Source: a virus
Taxonomy: Duplodnaviria; Heunggongvirae; Uroviricota; Caudoviricetes
DNA length: 41,062 bases
Strand: one strand, 5' to 3'
IMG/VR virus record: IMGVR_UViG_2939177367_000003
Coordinates: 1 to 41,062 of that record
Both the position numbers and the translations under genes were made by a program. Shown here one piece after another: positions 1 through 11,072 of this stretch. The notes beneath the pieces are model-generated. The model searched no databases. It was not told the origin of the DNA and saw nothing but the letters and a program-made list of their open reading frames with translations. The stretch's first letter is position 1, and each line of letters starts with the position of its first letter.

Positions 1-1158
1 ATGCTCACCGTTAAGCAGATTGAAGCAGCAAAGCCGAAAGAAAAACCATACCGCCTTCTCGATGGTAATGGCCTGTACCTTTATGTCCCTGTGTCAGGGA
101 AAAAGGTATGGCAGCTTCGCTACAAGATTGACGGTAAGGAGAAAATCCTGACCGTCGGAAAATATCCGCTTATGACTTTGCAGGAGGCAAGGGATAAAGC
201 ATGGACCGCGAGGAAAGACATCTCGGTTGGCATCGATCCGGTAAAAGCGAAAAAGGCTTCGTCTAACAACAATTCCTTTAGCGCCATTTACAAGGAATGG
301 TACGAGCACAAGAAGCAAGTCTGGTCAGTAGGCTATGCAAATGAACTTGCAAAAATGTTTGATGACGACATTTTACCCATCATCGGCGGCCTTGAAATTC
401 AGGATATTGAGCCGATGCAACTTCTTGAAGTAATCCGCAGATTTGAAGATCGCGGTGCAATGGAGCGAGCCAACAAAGCCCGCAGAAGATGCGGCGAGGT
501 TTTCCGTTACGCTATTGTCACTGGTAGGGCTAAATATAACCCGGCACCTGACCTTGCTGACGCCATGAAGGGATACCGCAAGAAAAACTTCCCGTTTCTT
601 CCTGCAGACCAGATCCCGGCATTTAACAAAGCACTGGCAACATTTTCAGGAAGCATCGTATCGCTCATTGCGACCAAAGTTTTACGCTACACAGCCCTCA
701 GAACAAAAGAGCTTCGTTCCATGCTATGGAAGAACGTCGATTTTGAAAACAGGATTATCACCATCGACGCCAATGTGATGAAGGGACGCAAAATTCATGT
801 GGTTCCTATGTCAGACCAGGTAGTTGAACTTCTCACTACGCTAAGCTCAATCACCAAACCAGTATCAGAGTTTGTTTTTGCCGGGCGCAACGATAAGAAG
901 AAGCCAATTTGCGAGAACGCTGTACTGCTTGTGATCAAACAAATCGGCTATGAAGGTCTGGAAAGCGGTCACGGATTCAGGCATGAATTCAGCACGATTA
1001 TGAACGAGCACGAATGGCCTGCTGATGCTATTGAAGTGCAACTGGCACATGCCAACGGCGGATCTGTGCGCGGGATTTACAACCATGCTCAGTATCTCGA
1101 TAAGCGCAGAGAAATGATGCAGTGGTGGGCGGACTGGCTTGATGGGAAGGTGGGCTAA
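1..1158 (+). CDS. intS: P4-type tyrosine integrase (IntS-like), 385 aa
   Basis: N-terminal AKPKEKPYRLLDGNGLYL and C-terminal HANGGSVRGIYNHAQYLDKRREMMQWWADWLDG motifs typical of P4-family integrases; recalled as matching E. coli IntS. ORF starts at window base 1, so attL lies outside the window. Confidence 0.85.
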   Translation: MLTVKQIEAAKPKEKPYRLLDGNGLYLYVPVSGKKVWQLRYKIDGKEKILTVGKYPLMTLQEARDKAWTARKDISVGIDPVKAKKASSNNNSFSAIYKEWYEHKKQVWSVGYANELAKMFDDDILPIIGGLEIQDIEPMQLLEVIRRFEDRGAMERANKARRRCGEVFRYAIVTGRAKYNPAPDLADAMKGYRKKNFPFLPADQIPAFNKALATFSGSIVSLIATKVLRYTALRTKELRSMLWKNVDFENRIITIDANVMKGRKIHVVPMSDQVVELLTTLSSITKPVSEFVFAGRNDKKKPICENAVLLVIKQIGYEGLESGHGFRHEFSTIMNEHEWPADAIEVQLAHANGGSVRGIYNHAQYLDKRREMMQWWADWLDGKVG

Positions 1159-1300
1159 TCAACTTTGCTATATCTCGGATAGCACAAATCCTTGCAATCC
1201 AGCGCAAAGCTTTGTTTGTCTCATCAACCACAGCAAGTTATCGATCGATTAAGACTTGGATGATAGACTTCATGCCTTTGATTATTAGCTGATAGAAGAA

Positions 1301-1446
1301 ATGTTAAAGCTATTTGCAAAGTACACCTCGATTGGTGTGCTAAACACACTTATACACTGGGTGGTTTTTGGTATTTGTATCTATGCCGCGCATGCAAATC
1401 AGGCTCTGGCAAACTTCGCAGGTTTCGTTGTGGCTGTGAGCTTTAG
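1301..1446 (+). pseudogene. gtrA: gtrA (bactoprenol-linked glucose flippase) 5' fragment, interrupted by IS5 after ~48 codons
   Basis: Translation MLKLFAKYTSIGVLNTLIHWVVFGICIYAAHANQALANFAGFVVAVSF matches the GtrA N-terminus, then runs into the IS5 terminal repeat; the rest of gtrA is absent downstream of the IS. Confidence 0.75.
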
Positions 1447-2642
<1,196 letters not shown>

Positions 2643-2985
2643 CTAGTAGTCATTGAACCAAATAAAAAGCATGAATATGGCACTTAGAGTATTAATCAAT
2701 CGATTACTATACAATCACTAACTCGTTTAACCAGAATTTATTACACTGCGTTATTATTTGTTTCTGAAATTTTTATTATGAGTCCCCCCATCAATTCTCT
2801 GTAAGAGAGTATGTGTATCAAGTAGTAGAATGAATTAACAATCAGCAGGCAGATCACTAGCTAAAATTTATGCAATCAAGCGTCAAAATGTATTATATAT
2901 TTACCAGCCATCTGGTATTCTTACCAAGATCCCCTTAGAATAATCAATAAATTTAATTTTTATTTAAAATATGTAGGCACTACTT

Positions 2986-4020
2986 ATGAGAAATGAAAAA
3001 ATTGATTTTTTAAGATTTCTTGGACTATCACTTATTGTGCTGGCTCATGTTAATCCGCCGTTAATAATTTCACAACTTAGAAATTTTGATGTACCATTAA
3101 TGTTTTTAGTTATGGGAATGTCTTTTTTCATAACTGAGTCAAGGCATACATCAACCTTTAACTACATAGCATCTAGGTTTAAACGGCTTGTAATTCCAAC
3201 ATGGTTTTTTTTCTCGTGTTTTTACATTGTTAGCGAGCTAATCTGGATGTATCAGGGACATTCAGAGTTTAAATACAGTGCAGGAACAATTGCTGCAACT
3301 TTTGCTTTATCTACCGGCATAGGTTATGTATGGGTAATAAGAATTTTTTTTAGTGTATCTATTTTAGCCATACTAACACCCAAATCAATATTAAACGCTT
3401 CCATTTATAAAATAACGTTCCTATCATTCGGCTTTATTATATTAAATACGTATTTCCTATCTTCTTTTTACGAATCTTTAGATGTAAATATAAGAGCTCT
3501 TGAAATAGGAACATTTATATCAAGCACCGCGGTTTATTTATGCGTATTTCTTATTGGATATAAGATATTACAGGAAGACAGAAATTCTATAATATTTATC
3601 TTATTTATAAGCGGTGTTATTTTTACAGTTGTGATGTCGTATTTGATGACACGAGAGGGTCACTTCATTCCTACTCAAGAAGATAAATATCCACCTGGAA
3701 TTTACTATATTTCATTTGCAATATTTATGTCTTTAGCATTTTTTGTGACTTCAGAAAAACTCATAAAAGCATTAAGCTACTCAAAATTATGGGGAATAGT
3801 GATGTTCATTTCATCAAATTCAATCTGGATTTATTTATGGCATATTGCTTTCATCGTTAACATAATAAATTTAAATATTAATTTCATGTTTAAATATATA
3901 CTTGTTTACTCATTTTCTATTGCTATTGTATTTATACAGGTTAAGCTAATTAAAAGCATAACCTCCACAATCAAAGATGATAGAAAGTCAAAGATTTTGA
4001 ATCAAATTTTTACAGGTTAA
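2986..4020 (+). CDS. Integral-membrane acyltransferase (acyltransferase-3 family), putative O-antigen/LPS acetyltransferase
   Basis: N-terminal KIDFLRFLGLSLIVLAHV motif (IDxLRxxxxxxxxxH), about 10 predicted transmembrane segments, very AT-rich gene with AT-rich upstream region; position next to int/gtrA is typical for serotype-conversion genes. Confidence 0.5.
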   Translation: MRNEKIDFLRFLGLSLIVLAHVNPPLIISQLRNFDVPLMFLVMGMSFFITESRHTSTFNYIASRFKRLVIPTWFFFSCFYIVSELIWMYQGHSEFKYSAGTIAATFALSTGIGYVWVIRIFFSVSILAILTPKSILNASIYKITFLSFGFIILNTYFLSSFYESLDVNIRALEIGTFISSTAVYLCVFLIGYKILQEDRNSIIFILFISGVIFTVVMSYLMTREGHFIPTQEDKYPPGIYYISFAIFMSLAFFVTSEKLIKALSYSKLWGIVMFISSNSIWIYLWHIAFIVNIINLNINFMFKYILVYSFSIAIVFIQVKLIKSITSTIKDDRKSKILNQIFTG

Positions 4021-4027
4021 CTAATTA

Positions 4028-4058
4028 GTGATTCGGCGTGATAATTACGCCGAATCAC
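4028..4058 (+). terminator. Stem-loop immediately after the acyltransferase stop
   Basis: Perfect 12-bp inverted repeat GTGATTCGGCGT / ACGCCGAATCAC with 7-nt loop; T-tract weak. Confidence 0.45.
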
Positions 4059-4449
4059 TTCTTAAGAAATATTTGTAAGAATATATTCTCTCCACAGGAA
4101 TATTTGAATAATATGCTATCAATTAATTAAATAACTTACTTTTAGCATGAATAACCCAAGTAAAGAACATCTCCTGAGGAAGTAGCTTTTCAGAATCCCC
4201 CCTACAAGGTTGAGGAATTCCAAGAAAACAAGACAGGCATAGAGTTTTGTGATCTACTGATTGCGCTAACTAATTCAATGAGATCACCTCTATGGCTGCC
4301 CGTAAAGTATGCCAGACTTTTTTCCATAATGATTTAGCTTCCACTCATCAGTATCGACAAAATGCCATTATTGATTCCGCTGCTGCTTAAGTCGGGGCGC
4401 ATATCTTTCTCTTAGCAGCATTGGTCGGCATTTACCCGGCCCTGCTCGA

Positions 4450-4845
4450 GTGAAAGATAAAATAAAACGCGTTGACCGTCTGCTGGGTAATACGCGACTT
4501 CATAATGATATCCCTCTGATATTCAAAAATATTACCTCCATGATGATAAATAAACTGTCGTGGTGTGTTATCGCTGTTGGCGGGAGCTGTTACCCTTTTC
4601 AGGAATACCATTTCCTTCGGGCCAGCCTCCTCTGCGACGGTCGCGCTATCCCCCTGATGAGTCAGGTATTCCAGTCAAAAAATAAAATAACGAGGCGGCT
4701 GAAATCGCTTTTCTGGATGCGCTTTCCGCGACCATTTCTCCCCGGACTCGTGTTGTTATTGTTACTGTTGCCGGTTTTCAAAGTGCATGGTTCCGTAATA
4801 TCAAATAACTGGGGTGGGATTTTATTGGCCGTATCAGGGGGGTAA
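4450..4845 (+). pseudogene. IS4-family (IS10-like) transposase fragment
   Basis: Translation KIKRVDRLLGNTRLH...LRASLLCDGR parallels IS10 transposase residues ~55-180 (NIKRIDRLLGNRHLH...LRASVALHGR); N- and C-terminal parts missing or frameshifted. Confidence 0.5.
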
Positions 4846-4966
4846 TGAAGTTGAGGCTGGATAGTGACAAAGATTAATGCTGGACATAAATATGTGTAGG
4901 GGGTGTTCAGAGGCAAAATACCTGGGGATCAGAACCCTGTGTAACTTCGCATTTTTTCTGGGTTAA

Positions 4967-5100
4967 TTGGCGCGCAATTCTGGGCGGGGAGAGCGCAACC
5001 AAAAAGCCAAGAATTGGCCGCTAACTTATTAGTCTCATGCTGATGATTTGCCCTCAAAAAATCAGCTCATATCCTGCACAGTTCAACGTATTGCGTTGTA
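4967..5100 (+). pseudogene. Possible degenerate 3' remnant of a Din-family serine invertase (gin/pin-like)
   Basis: Frame-broken translation G*LARNSGRGER ... LPSKNQLISCTVQRIAL resembles invertase C-terminus GLAAARNKGRIGGR ... IPRKQVALIYDVALSTL; this is where gin/pin sits in Mu and e14. Weak, by eye only. Confidence 0.25.
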
Positions 5101-5175
5101 AATCGGTGTTCTGGTCATTTGTTGATACACGTACATAGCCAATAAGCATGGTAGATCTCCCTGACAAAAGCAGGA

Positions 5176-5697
5176 ATGATGTCATTTGCTCGTTATTTCT
5201 GCACTTTCATAAACGTTGGTTTGGGAGAAGGTTCGGCATTACCCGTTGGTGTGCCTGTTCCGTGGCCTTCCGCCACTCCGCCAACAGGCTGGCTGAAATG
5301 CAACGGTGCGGCATTTTCTGCTGAAGAATACCCGGAACTGGCAAAGGCTTACCCGACAAATAAATTGCCTGATTTACGCGGTGAGTTTATTCGTGGCTGG
5401 GATGACGGGAGAGGCATTGACCCAGGAAGGATTCTATTGGCTTCACAGGAGCATGCAATGCAAAACGTCACTGGTTCAATAGGGAAAATTCAGCTTTTTA
5501 GAGATTTAGTTATCAGTGGTCCATTTCGTCATAACGGTAATAACTATCTGACTACTGGATTAACAGCGGTTACAGGCCAAAATAGTGGAGGGAGTGGTGT
5601 CACAACATTTGATTTCGATATGTCAAGGGTGGCAAATACCGCCAATGAAACTCGCCCGGTGAACGTTGCATTTAACTACATTGTGAGGGCTGCATAA
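5176..5697 (+). CDS. Alternative tail-fibre C-terminal (receptor-binding) cassette with tail-collar motif; lacks its own N-terminal constant part
   Basis: Tail-collar-like motif WLKCNGAAFSAEEYPELAKAY...LPDLRGEFIRGWDDGRGIDPGR; reading frame passes through the left crossover site at codons GLGE; no tail-fibre N-terminus upstream. Confidence 0.6.
   Translation: MMSFARYFCTFINVGLGEGSALPVGVPVPWPSATPPTGWLKCNGAAFSAEEYPELAKAYPTNKLPDLRGEFIRGWDDGRGIDPGRILLASQEHAMQNVTGSIGKIQLFRDLVISGPFRHNGNNYLTTGLTAVTGQNSGGSGVTTFDFDMSRVANTANETRPVNVAFNYIVRAA
5204..5229. repeat. hix/gix-like recombination site, left boundary of invertible tail-fibre segment
   Basis: Reverse complement TTCTCCCAAACCAACGTTTATGAAAG shares a 15-nt core (CTTCTCCCAAACCAA) with the site at 7094-7119, in inverted orientation; resembles hixL TTCTTGAAAACCAAGGTTTTTGATAA. 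Confidence 0.6.
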
Positions 5698-6299
5698 TGG
5701 ATAACGCTGTATTAAATAGCGAGTTTATTGCTACGAAGGCAGGGGATATTACTGTTTATAACTATGATGGTGAAACTCGGGAATATATTTCCTCTTCAAA
5801 TGAATATCTTGCCATTGGTGTCGGTATCCCTGCGCATTCCTGTTTAGACGCCCCTGGTGCATATAAGGATGGTTATACAATTTGCCGCTCTGTGGATTTA
5901 AAATCATGGGAATATGTGCCAGACCATCGAGGAGAAACTGTTTACAGCACTGAAACAGGAGAATCGGAAGGAATCACAGCTCTGGGTGATTACCCTGAAA
6001 ATACAACCACTATCTCCCCGTTAACGCCATATGATAAATGGGATGGTGAGAAATGGGTGACAGATACCGAGGCACAGCATAGCGCCGCAGTAGACGCGGC
6101 AGAAGCACAGCGTCAGTCACTGATTGATGCTGCAATGGTTTCCATTAGTCTGATTCAGTTGAAATTGCAGGCCGGGCGGAAGCTGACGCAGGCAGAAACC
6201 ACCCGGCTTAACGCTGTGCTGGATTATATTGACGCGTTGACGGCAACAGATACCAGCACCGCGCCGGATGTCATCTGGCCTGAACTGCCGGAGGCGTAG
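5697..6299 (+). CDS. Tail fibre assembly protein (Tfa), partner of the + strand cassette
   Basis: Tfa-like translation (MDNAVLNSEFIATKAGDITVYNYDGETREY...); convergent with second tfa; C-terminal ...DALTATDTSTAPDVIWPELPEA. Confidence 0.75.
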   Translation: MDNAVLNSEFIATKAGDITVYNYDGETREYISSSNEYLAIGVGIPAHSCLDAPGAYKDGYTICRSVDLKSWEYVPDHRGETVYSTETGESEGITALGDYPENTTTISPLTPYDKWDGEKWVTDTEAQHSAAVDAAEAQRQSLIDAAMVSISLIQLKLQAGRKLTQAETTRLNAVLDYIDALTATDTSTAPDVIWPELPEA

Positions 6300-6669
6300 G
6301 CCATTCAATATCTGGCGTACTGGAAGTAGCGACCAGTTCCAGTGCGTCCAGATAATCCATCCACAAATTATATTGCGCCAGTTCCTCACCTTTCAGACGA
6401 CCAATAGCCGCTTTACCGGGCCACTGTTTACTGTTCATGTATTCGTTAGCCTGGTTAATTAGTAGCTGTCTTTCTGATTCAGTAATTTCAATAAGCTCTT
6501 CATGCGTGGGTGGAGGAATATCAGCCCACGCAGGCAGCGCATCATCTCCGGCAATACGGACTTTTCCTTGTGGCGGTTCAGCCATAAACTCACTGACAAT
6601 ATTTTGATTCACTTCTTTCACATCTGATAAATCCCATCCCTCTGATTTATATTTATCAATCATATCCAC
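6271..6669 (-). CDS. Tail fibre assembly protein (Tfa), partner of the expressed tail fibre
   Basis: Tfa-like C-terminal half (...LWMDYLDALELVATSSTPDIEWPTPP); immediately downstream of tail fibre gene. Confidence 0.75.
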   Translation of the reverse strand: MDMIDKYKSEGWDLSDVKEVNQNIVSEFMAEPPQGKVRIAGDDALPAWADIPPPTHEELIEITESERQLLINQANEYMNSKQWPGKAAIGRLKGEELAQYNLWMDYLDALELVATSSTPDIEWPTPPAVQAR

Positions 6670-6733
6670 AGGGAAAAAGCATTATGTCTGGCACTATAAA
6701 CATATTCGTTCATATAAATCATCCTGAATAAAA

Positions 6734-7396
6734 TTACTCGCCAACAGTCCACCAACAGTAATTCATGGTAACAGTTGGACTTGTCGAGGTTGTTCTAAAG
6801 GCAGAATAAAACCCTGTTAACCCTGGCTCTTCAGTTGTCATCATAAAACCACGACCGCTCCCGGCAGTTGAACCACCATCACCAGAATGTGAAAGCAAGA
6901 CAATATCAGCTTTTTTAGGGAAAGGTATATTAAATTCTACCCGTAGTATCTGACTCGCAAGCGTAGGAGACACACGCCCACGACCATATTGCAGGATTTT
7001 CCCGTTGGGTAATTTCATCCATCCATCACCACTGGCAAAAGAGGCCATGTCCGGTATCTGATTTTCCCCTGTTCCCACATTTCGTTTCGCCGCTTCTCCC
7101 AAACCAAGGTTTTCGAGAGCTGTTTTCACCGTGCCATCCGATTTTATATCGCCAAACGGATTCTTGCGGCTTAACAGCAGCGCACGAAGCGCGGTAAGCA
7201 GCTGGTCATGCCGCCCCTTCTCCAGGCTGGCACCGGATGCCTCCACAACGCTGCAAAGCTCCTCCTGCAACATGTCAAAGTAGTCATCATCCAGATCGGT
7301 GGCAGGCGTGCCAGTCTGGGGGTTACCACGGGTAAAACCGTTCTTACCCGCGCCGAACTTATCCTTCTGCGCGGTTTTCGTGTCTATACGATGCAT
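6734..7396 (-). CDS. Tail fibre protein (constant N-terminus plus currently expressed variable C-terminus)
   Basis: N-terminal [46 protein letters not shown] motif typical of Mu/e14-type side tail fibres; right crossover site lies inside the gene at codons [11 protein letters not shown]. Confidence 0.7.
   Translation of the reverse strand: MHRIDTKTAQKDKFGAGKNGFTRGNPQTGTPATDLDDDYFDMLQEELCSVVEASGASLEKGRHDQLLTALRALLLSRKNPFGDIKSDGTVKTALENLGLGEAAKRNVGTGENQIPDMASFASGDGWMKLPNGKILQYGRGRVSPTLASQILRVEFNIPFPKKADIVLLSHSGDGGSTAGSGRGFMMTTEEPGLTGFYSAFRTTSTSPTVTMNYCWWTVGE
7094..7119. repeat. hix/gix-like recombination site, right boundary of invertible segment (inside tail fibre gene)
   Basis: TTCTCCCAAACCAAGGTTTTCGAGAG; about 20/26 identity to Hin hixL; inverted partner at 5204-5229. 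Confidence 0.6.
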
Positions 7397-7399
7397 GGA

Positions 7400-7984
7400 T
7401 TACTCCGGATATTTAAAAATTACGTAGGTATGCGACGGGCAGAGTTTGTTAAGCACACATTCGACAACGGTGTCGCCCCAGATACGCAGTGCGGAATCAC
7501 AGGGATCGCCACATGTCATCCAGGTGGTGTTGGTGGCGGCTGGCATGTTGACCTGCCAGTAATACCGCCATTCAGGCGCGTTCACCGCGTCAGTACAGGT
7601 CGATGAGCAGGTGAACGTGCTTTTGTCGTATCGCGTGATGGTGGCATCCGGTCTGCCCAGGGCAGCAAGCTGTGCAAGATAAAAATCCTCGTTGATGCCG
7701 CCCGCCAGGTTAACCTTCGCATCCAGCCGTTGCTGACGCTGGCGAAGGGTCTGTGTCCCTGCGGGAATACATTCATCCGGCAGACCGCACAGACGCTCCC
7801 AGCGGTTTATCAGTTCATTGGTGGTGCGCGGATCCAGCTCCCGCATCAGGGCATCCGCACGCTGATGAACGCGGGTTAATGACGGTGCCGCACCGGCAAT
7901 CGCCGGATCGCTGGCTGACCACGCCGGACCGGGGGGCAACAGTGCCGACAACAGACGGATGTAATCATCGTTTGTCACGTCCAT
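7400..7984 (-). CDS. Phage tail protein (Mu gp48 / e14 YmfQ-like)
   Basis: 194 aa; directly upstream of tail fibre in Mu-like gene order. Confidence 0.55.
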   Translation of the reverse strand: MDVTNDDYIRLLSALLPPGPAWSASDPAIAGAAPSLTRVHQRADALMRELDPRTTNELINRWERLCGLPDECIPAGTQTLRQRQQRLDAKVNLAGGINEDFYLAQLAALGRPDATITRYDKSTFTCSSTCTDAVNAPEWRYYWQVNMPAATNTTWMTCGDPCDSALRIWGDTVVECVLNKLCPSHTYVIFKYPE

Positions 7985-9033
7985 GAAATCGTCCCCAGTA
8001 CCGCCAGTTCATTTTTTGCAATGGAGATATTGTCTGCCGGTGCAAGCAACTGATGGCTGTATTCCCCGTTCGCACCGGAAATCGCCTCACTGATACGCGA
8101 TACCTTCAGTTCTCCCTGCGGATAACCATCACGCAGCAGGAACGAACGCAACTCCGCGGTAATGGCAGCCCGTATTTCCGGTGTGTCCGGCGTCACACGG
8201 ATATGAAAATCCACCGTATGTGCCACCGGCCTGAACACATACAAATCAGAGCCTGCCACCGGGGCCAGTGGCCCGATATGTTGTCTTGCCGCCGTTTCCG
8301 TTGATTCTTCCGGAATGGGATTAATCAGGTCACTGCCGGCAATCATCACACCGACAGTCCCCGTTCCCATCCAGTGTCGGTATGTCCATGCGCGGGTAAT
8401 GCCGGGCACTTCTTTAGCCCAGACAACATAGTCCCCGTCAGCCCCGCCCTGAGGCGTCCAGTAATATCGCTCAATGACGCGGGCGCGCCACGTTTCCAGA
8501 TCTTCAGTATCGAATCCGCCAGTCAGGGTATCTGCCACACCGGAAGACGGCAGACCATTCACCGGCGTGACCAGGATTAATGACGTACCGTCGTCAGCGT
8601 TACCGACCGCACCTGCACTTGAGCAGGCGATCGGCACGCGCAGGACACCACCGGAGCTGGTTGCATCGGCAGTTGCCGTGTACTGAACCAGGTCATCGCG
8701 CTGAATAACACTCCCGGCGGTCACCTTCAGCCCATCGCTGACACCTTCCCAGCGCATATACCCGCTGGCAGCAGTGGCCCCCTTGCGCGGACACCGTTTC
8801 ATCGCAGCATGTCGCGCCAGCCAGGACTCATCGCACAGGTCAGGCAGCATGTTCATTGCCAGATAATCGATGTAACCGTAAACCGTATGTAGCGCCGCCG
8901 CATACACCTTTGCCCGCACGTCTTCATCCATGCGCCGGAGCGTGTCGCTGACGTCCAGCCTGGCGAATAAATCGTTACGGAGCATACTGATATTTTCTGC
9001 CAGCGTCGGGCGCTGAAATTCACTGTCCGCCAT
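7975..9033 (-). CDS. Baseplate J-like protein (Mu gp47-like)
   Basis: 352 aa; position and size in Mu-like baseplate cluster. Confidence 0.6.
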   Translation of the reverse strand: MADSEFQRPTLAENISMLRNDLFARLDVSDTLRRMDEDVRAKVYAAALHTVYGYIDYLAMNMLPDLCDESWLARHAAMKRCPRKGATAASGYMRWEGVSDGLKVTAGSVIQRDDLVQYTATADATSSGGVLRVPIACSSAGAVGNADDGTSLILVTPVNGLPSSGVADTLTGGFDTEDLETWRARVIERYYWTPQGGADGDYVVWAKEVPGITRAWTYRHWMGTGTVGVMIAGSDLINPIPEESTETAARQHIGPLAPVAGSDLYVFRPVAHTVDFHIRVTPDTPEIRAAITAELRSFLLRDGYPQGELKVSRISEAISGANGEYSHQLLAPADNISIAKNELAVLGTISWT

Positions 9034-9448
9034 GCGTTATCGCACTCCACAGATCATCAAAAGAAATCATTACCGGTCCGTCACGACGCCAGAGAGTGAT
9101 ACTGTTACCCAGTTCATTAATCCCGGTGCGGCGGATATCCAGATCAATACGGGACACCACGCCGTCATCAGTCATCCATTGCAGGCATTCGCGGATATAT
9201 CCCCTTACCGTCTGCACCAGCTGATTGGTCAGTTTGCTGCGCTGAAGCAGCCACAGCCGGGAGCCGTAACGGTCATTCTGTACCGCAGGCCAGGTATCCC
9301 CCCACCATCCCATCGGGACGTCGGCGTTGTCATCAGGCTCCGCCCGCCGCCAGGTAAACAGGGAAATCACCACGGCGCGGGTCAGCGGATCCAGCGGTGC
9401 GCTGGCGCAGGTGCGTTTACCGTTCACCGTCAGCCACAGTTCCATCAT
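9020..9448 (-). CDS. Baseplate protein (Mu gp46 / GPW-like)
   Basis: 142 aa; synteny within Mu-like baseplate cluster. Confidence 0.5.
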   Translation of the reverse strand: MMELWLTVNGKRTCASAPLDPLTRAVVISLFTWRRAEPDDNADVPMGWWGDTWPAVQNDRYGSRLWLLQRSKLTNQLVQTVRGYIRECLQWMTDDGVVSRIDLDIRRTGINELGNSITLWRRDGPVMISFDDLWSAITHGGQ

Positions 9449-9993
9449 GCCTCCATCGCTTTATCAGGTTTGTCGGTGTTACTGCCCTGACCGTTCTCTC
9501 TGTGACGATGCCCGTTATAGGCAAGCCGCATCGCTGACATGGTGGTGCCGCCGGAGTCGCACAGGTCTTTCACCTGTCCGGTCACTTCCAGGTCCATTTC
9601 AAAACGTGCTCTGGGTGCATTGCGAAACGTGATCGTTTTACCTGCACCGTCCACCACGATCCCCTCCCGGGTCAGCGTCACGGACTGCCCCTGATCGTCA
9701 TAGACAGCCACCTCACCCGTCTGCAGCCCTTTCAGGCGGTAGCGCCGGTCCGACACCGTAACAACCACCGCATGAGAACGGTCGCCATCCGGAAACAACA
9801 CCACCGCTTCCGCACCGCTGTTTGCCCTTGCGGTAAAACCGTAGGGTTCAAGATGTTCAACCCCTGCTTTGGGTTCACCGGCAATCAGGGACACATCCAC
9901 GGTCTGACATTTCGTGGCGGCACTGATGCTTTTCACCACGGCCCGCCCAATCAGGCCGAGGAGTTGTCGCTGCATGGCTTCAATCGTCCTCAT
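9445..9993 (-). CDS. Baseplate assembly protein V / spike (Mu gp45-like)
   Basis: 182 aa; synteny. Confidence 0.55.
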   Translation of the reverse strand: MRTIEAMQRQLLGLIGRAVVKSISAATKCQTVDVSLIAGEPKAGVEHLEPYGFTARANSGAEAVVLFPDGDRSHAVVVTVSDRRYRLKGLQTGEVAVYDDQGQSVTLTREGIVVDGAGKTITFRNAPRARFEMDLEVTGQVKDLCDSGGTTMSAMRLAYNGHRHRENGQGSNTDKPDKAMEA

Positions 9994-11072
9994 CAGAACG
10001 GGTCCTCCTGTACTCTGGCTTTTTTCTTTTTCCGCGCGCCGGGGGCTTCGGGTTCAGGCAGATAAGCATCAGGTGGGCCGACACGGATTTCCGTCAGGGT
10101 GCCGTTCTGGTCCTGAGTAAACGTGACTTCCGAAACAAGCAGTTCGGTATTGTCGAAACCACAGACCGGATCGAAGACAATCACCCGCTGGTTGGGCTGC
10201 CACAACGTGCCGTTACCCTGTCGCCAGCCCTGCACCACATAGGTGGTTTCATCCGTCCGCGCCGCCCGTTGTCGGGCTTCAAAGTCCGCACGGGCAATAC
10301 AGCCTGCCCCCGTGGCCTGCCCTGTCTGCCTGATATACATCGGACGGTAACGGGCAATAAATGCGTCCTCTGTGCGGGCTCGCAGCGCGGTGGTGGTGGC
10401 CTCACCGAAATCATCGTCGTTTCCGGCACGCTGCCCCGCCACCTGGTAAACTGAAAACCGCTCCCGGATACTCTTCTCCGTATCGCAGGAAAGGATGTTT
10501 TCCCCAAGTACCAGCGCGGTATGTGCCCGCGTTGAGCCAATACCGCCAATCACCAGCCTGCCGTGCGGGTCGTCGTAAGCCAGTGCCTGCTGCTGACCGA
10601 GTATTTTGTTGATCACCTCAATCACCGTTTCGCCGTGATCAGGCTGGACGTCAGGAATAACACCCGACGGCGCACCGTTGTTCACCACCTCAATGCCGAA
10701 AGGCGCAGCAAGCACCTGCGCAATCTGTACCAGCGATCGCCCGTTAAACTGTGTCGGTTCGGCTGCACAGTCAATCAGGTCAGCGGTCAGACTGCGTCCG
10801 GCAATACCGGTGCTGACCGAACGGGCATCGTAACGAACGGGCGTCGCCTCCACCCAGCCGGTGATCACCAGCTCATCACCAATCAGCACCTCCACTTTTG
10901 AACCGTTTTTAATGCGCGGCTGAAGCGTGGTAATACCCTCATCTCCCGGCCACTGGCGGGTGATCTCCACACTGAAATCCCGCGCCAGCCGTTCAATACC
11001 GGCACCGATGCGCACCGATGTCCAGCCATTCCACTCCCGGCCATTTACCCGTAGCGTGACATTGTCGTTCAT
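9993..11072 (-). CDS. Baseplate hub / tail protein (Mu gp44, P2 gpD-like)
   Basis: 359 aa; synteny between gp43-like and gp45-like genes. Confidence 0.55.
   Translation of the reverse strand: MNDNVTLRVNGREWNGWTSVRIGAGIERLARDFSVEITRQWPGDEGITTLQPRIKNGSKVEVLIGDELVITGWVEATPVRYDARSVSTGIAGRSLTADLIDCAAEPTQFNGRSLVQIAQVLAAPFGIEVVNNGAPSGVIPDVQPDHGETVIEVINKILGQQQALAYDDPHGRLVIGGIGSTRAHTALVLGENILSCDTEKSIRERFSVYQVAGQRAGNDDDFGEATTTALRARTEDAFIARYRPMYIRQTGQATGAGCIARADFEARQRAARTDETTYVVQGWRQGNGTLWQPNQRVIVFDPVCGFDNTELLVSEVTFTQDQNGTLTEIRVGPPDAYLPEPEAPGARKKKKARVQEDPF

Noticed and set aside
4140-4360. Possible IS10-type terminal inverted repeat near 4325-4350 (CTGATGAGTGG...)
   Set aside because: Only partial resemblance to the IS10 end; cannot be called without alignment, so it is folded into the IS remnant rather than annotated.
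4662-4916. 84-aa minus-strand ORF overlapping the IS10-like fragment
   Set aside because: Antisense to the transposase-homologous frame; Asn/Pro-rich, low-complexity translation; no RBS.
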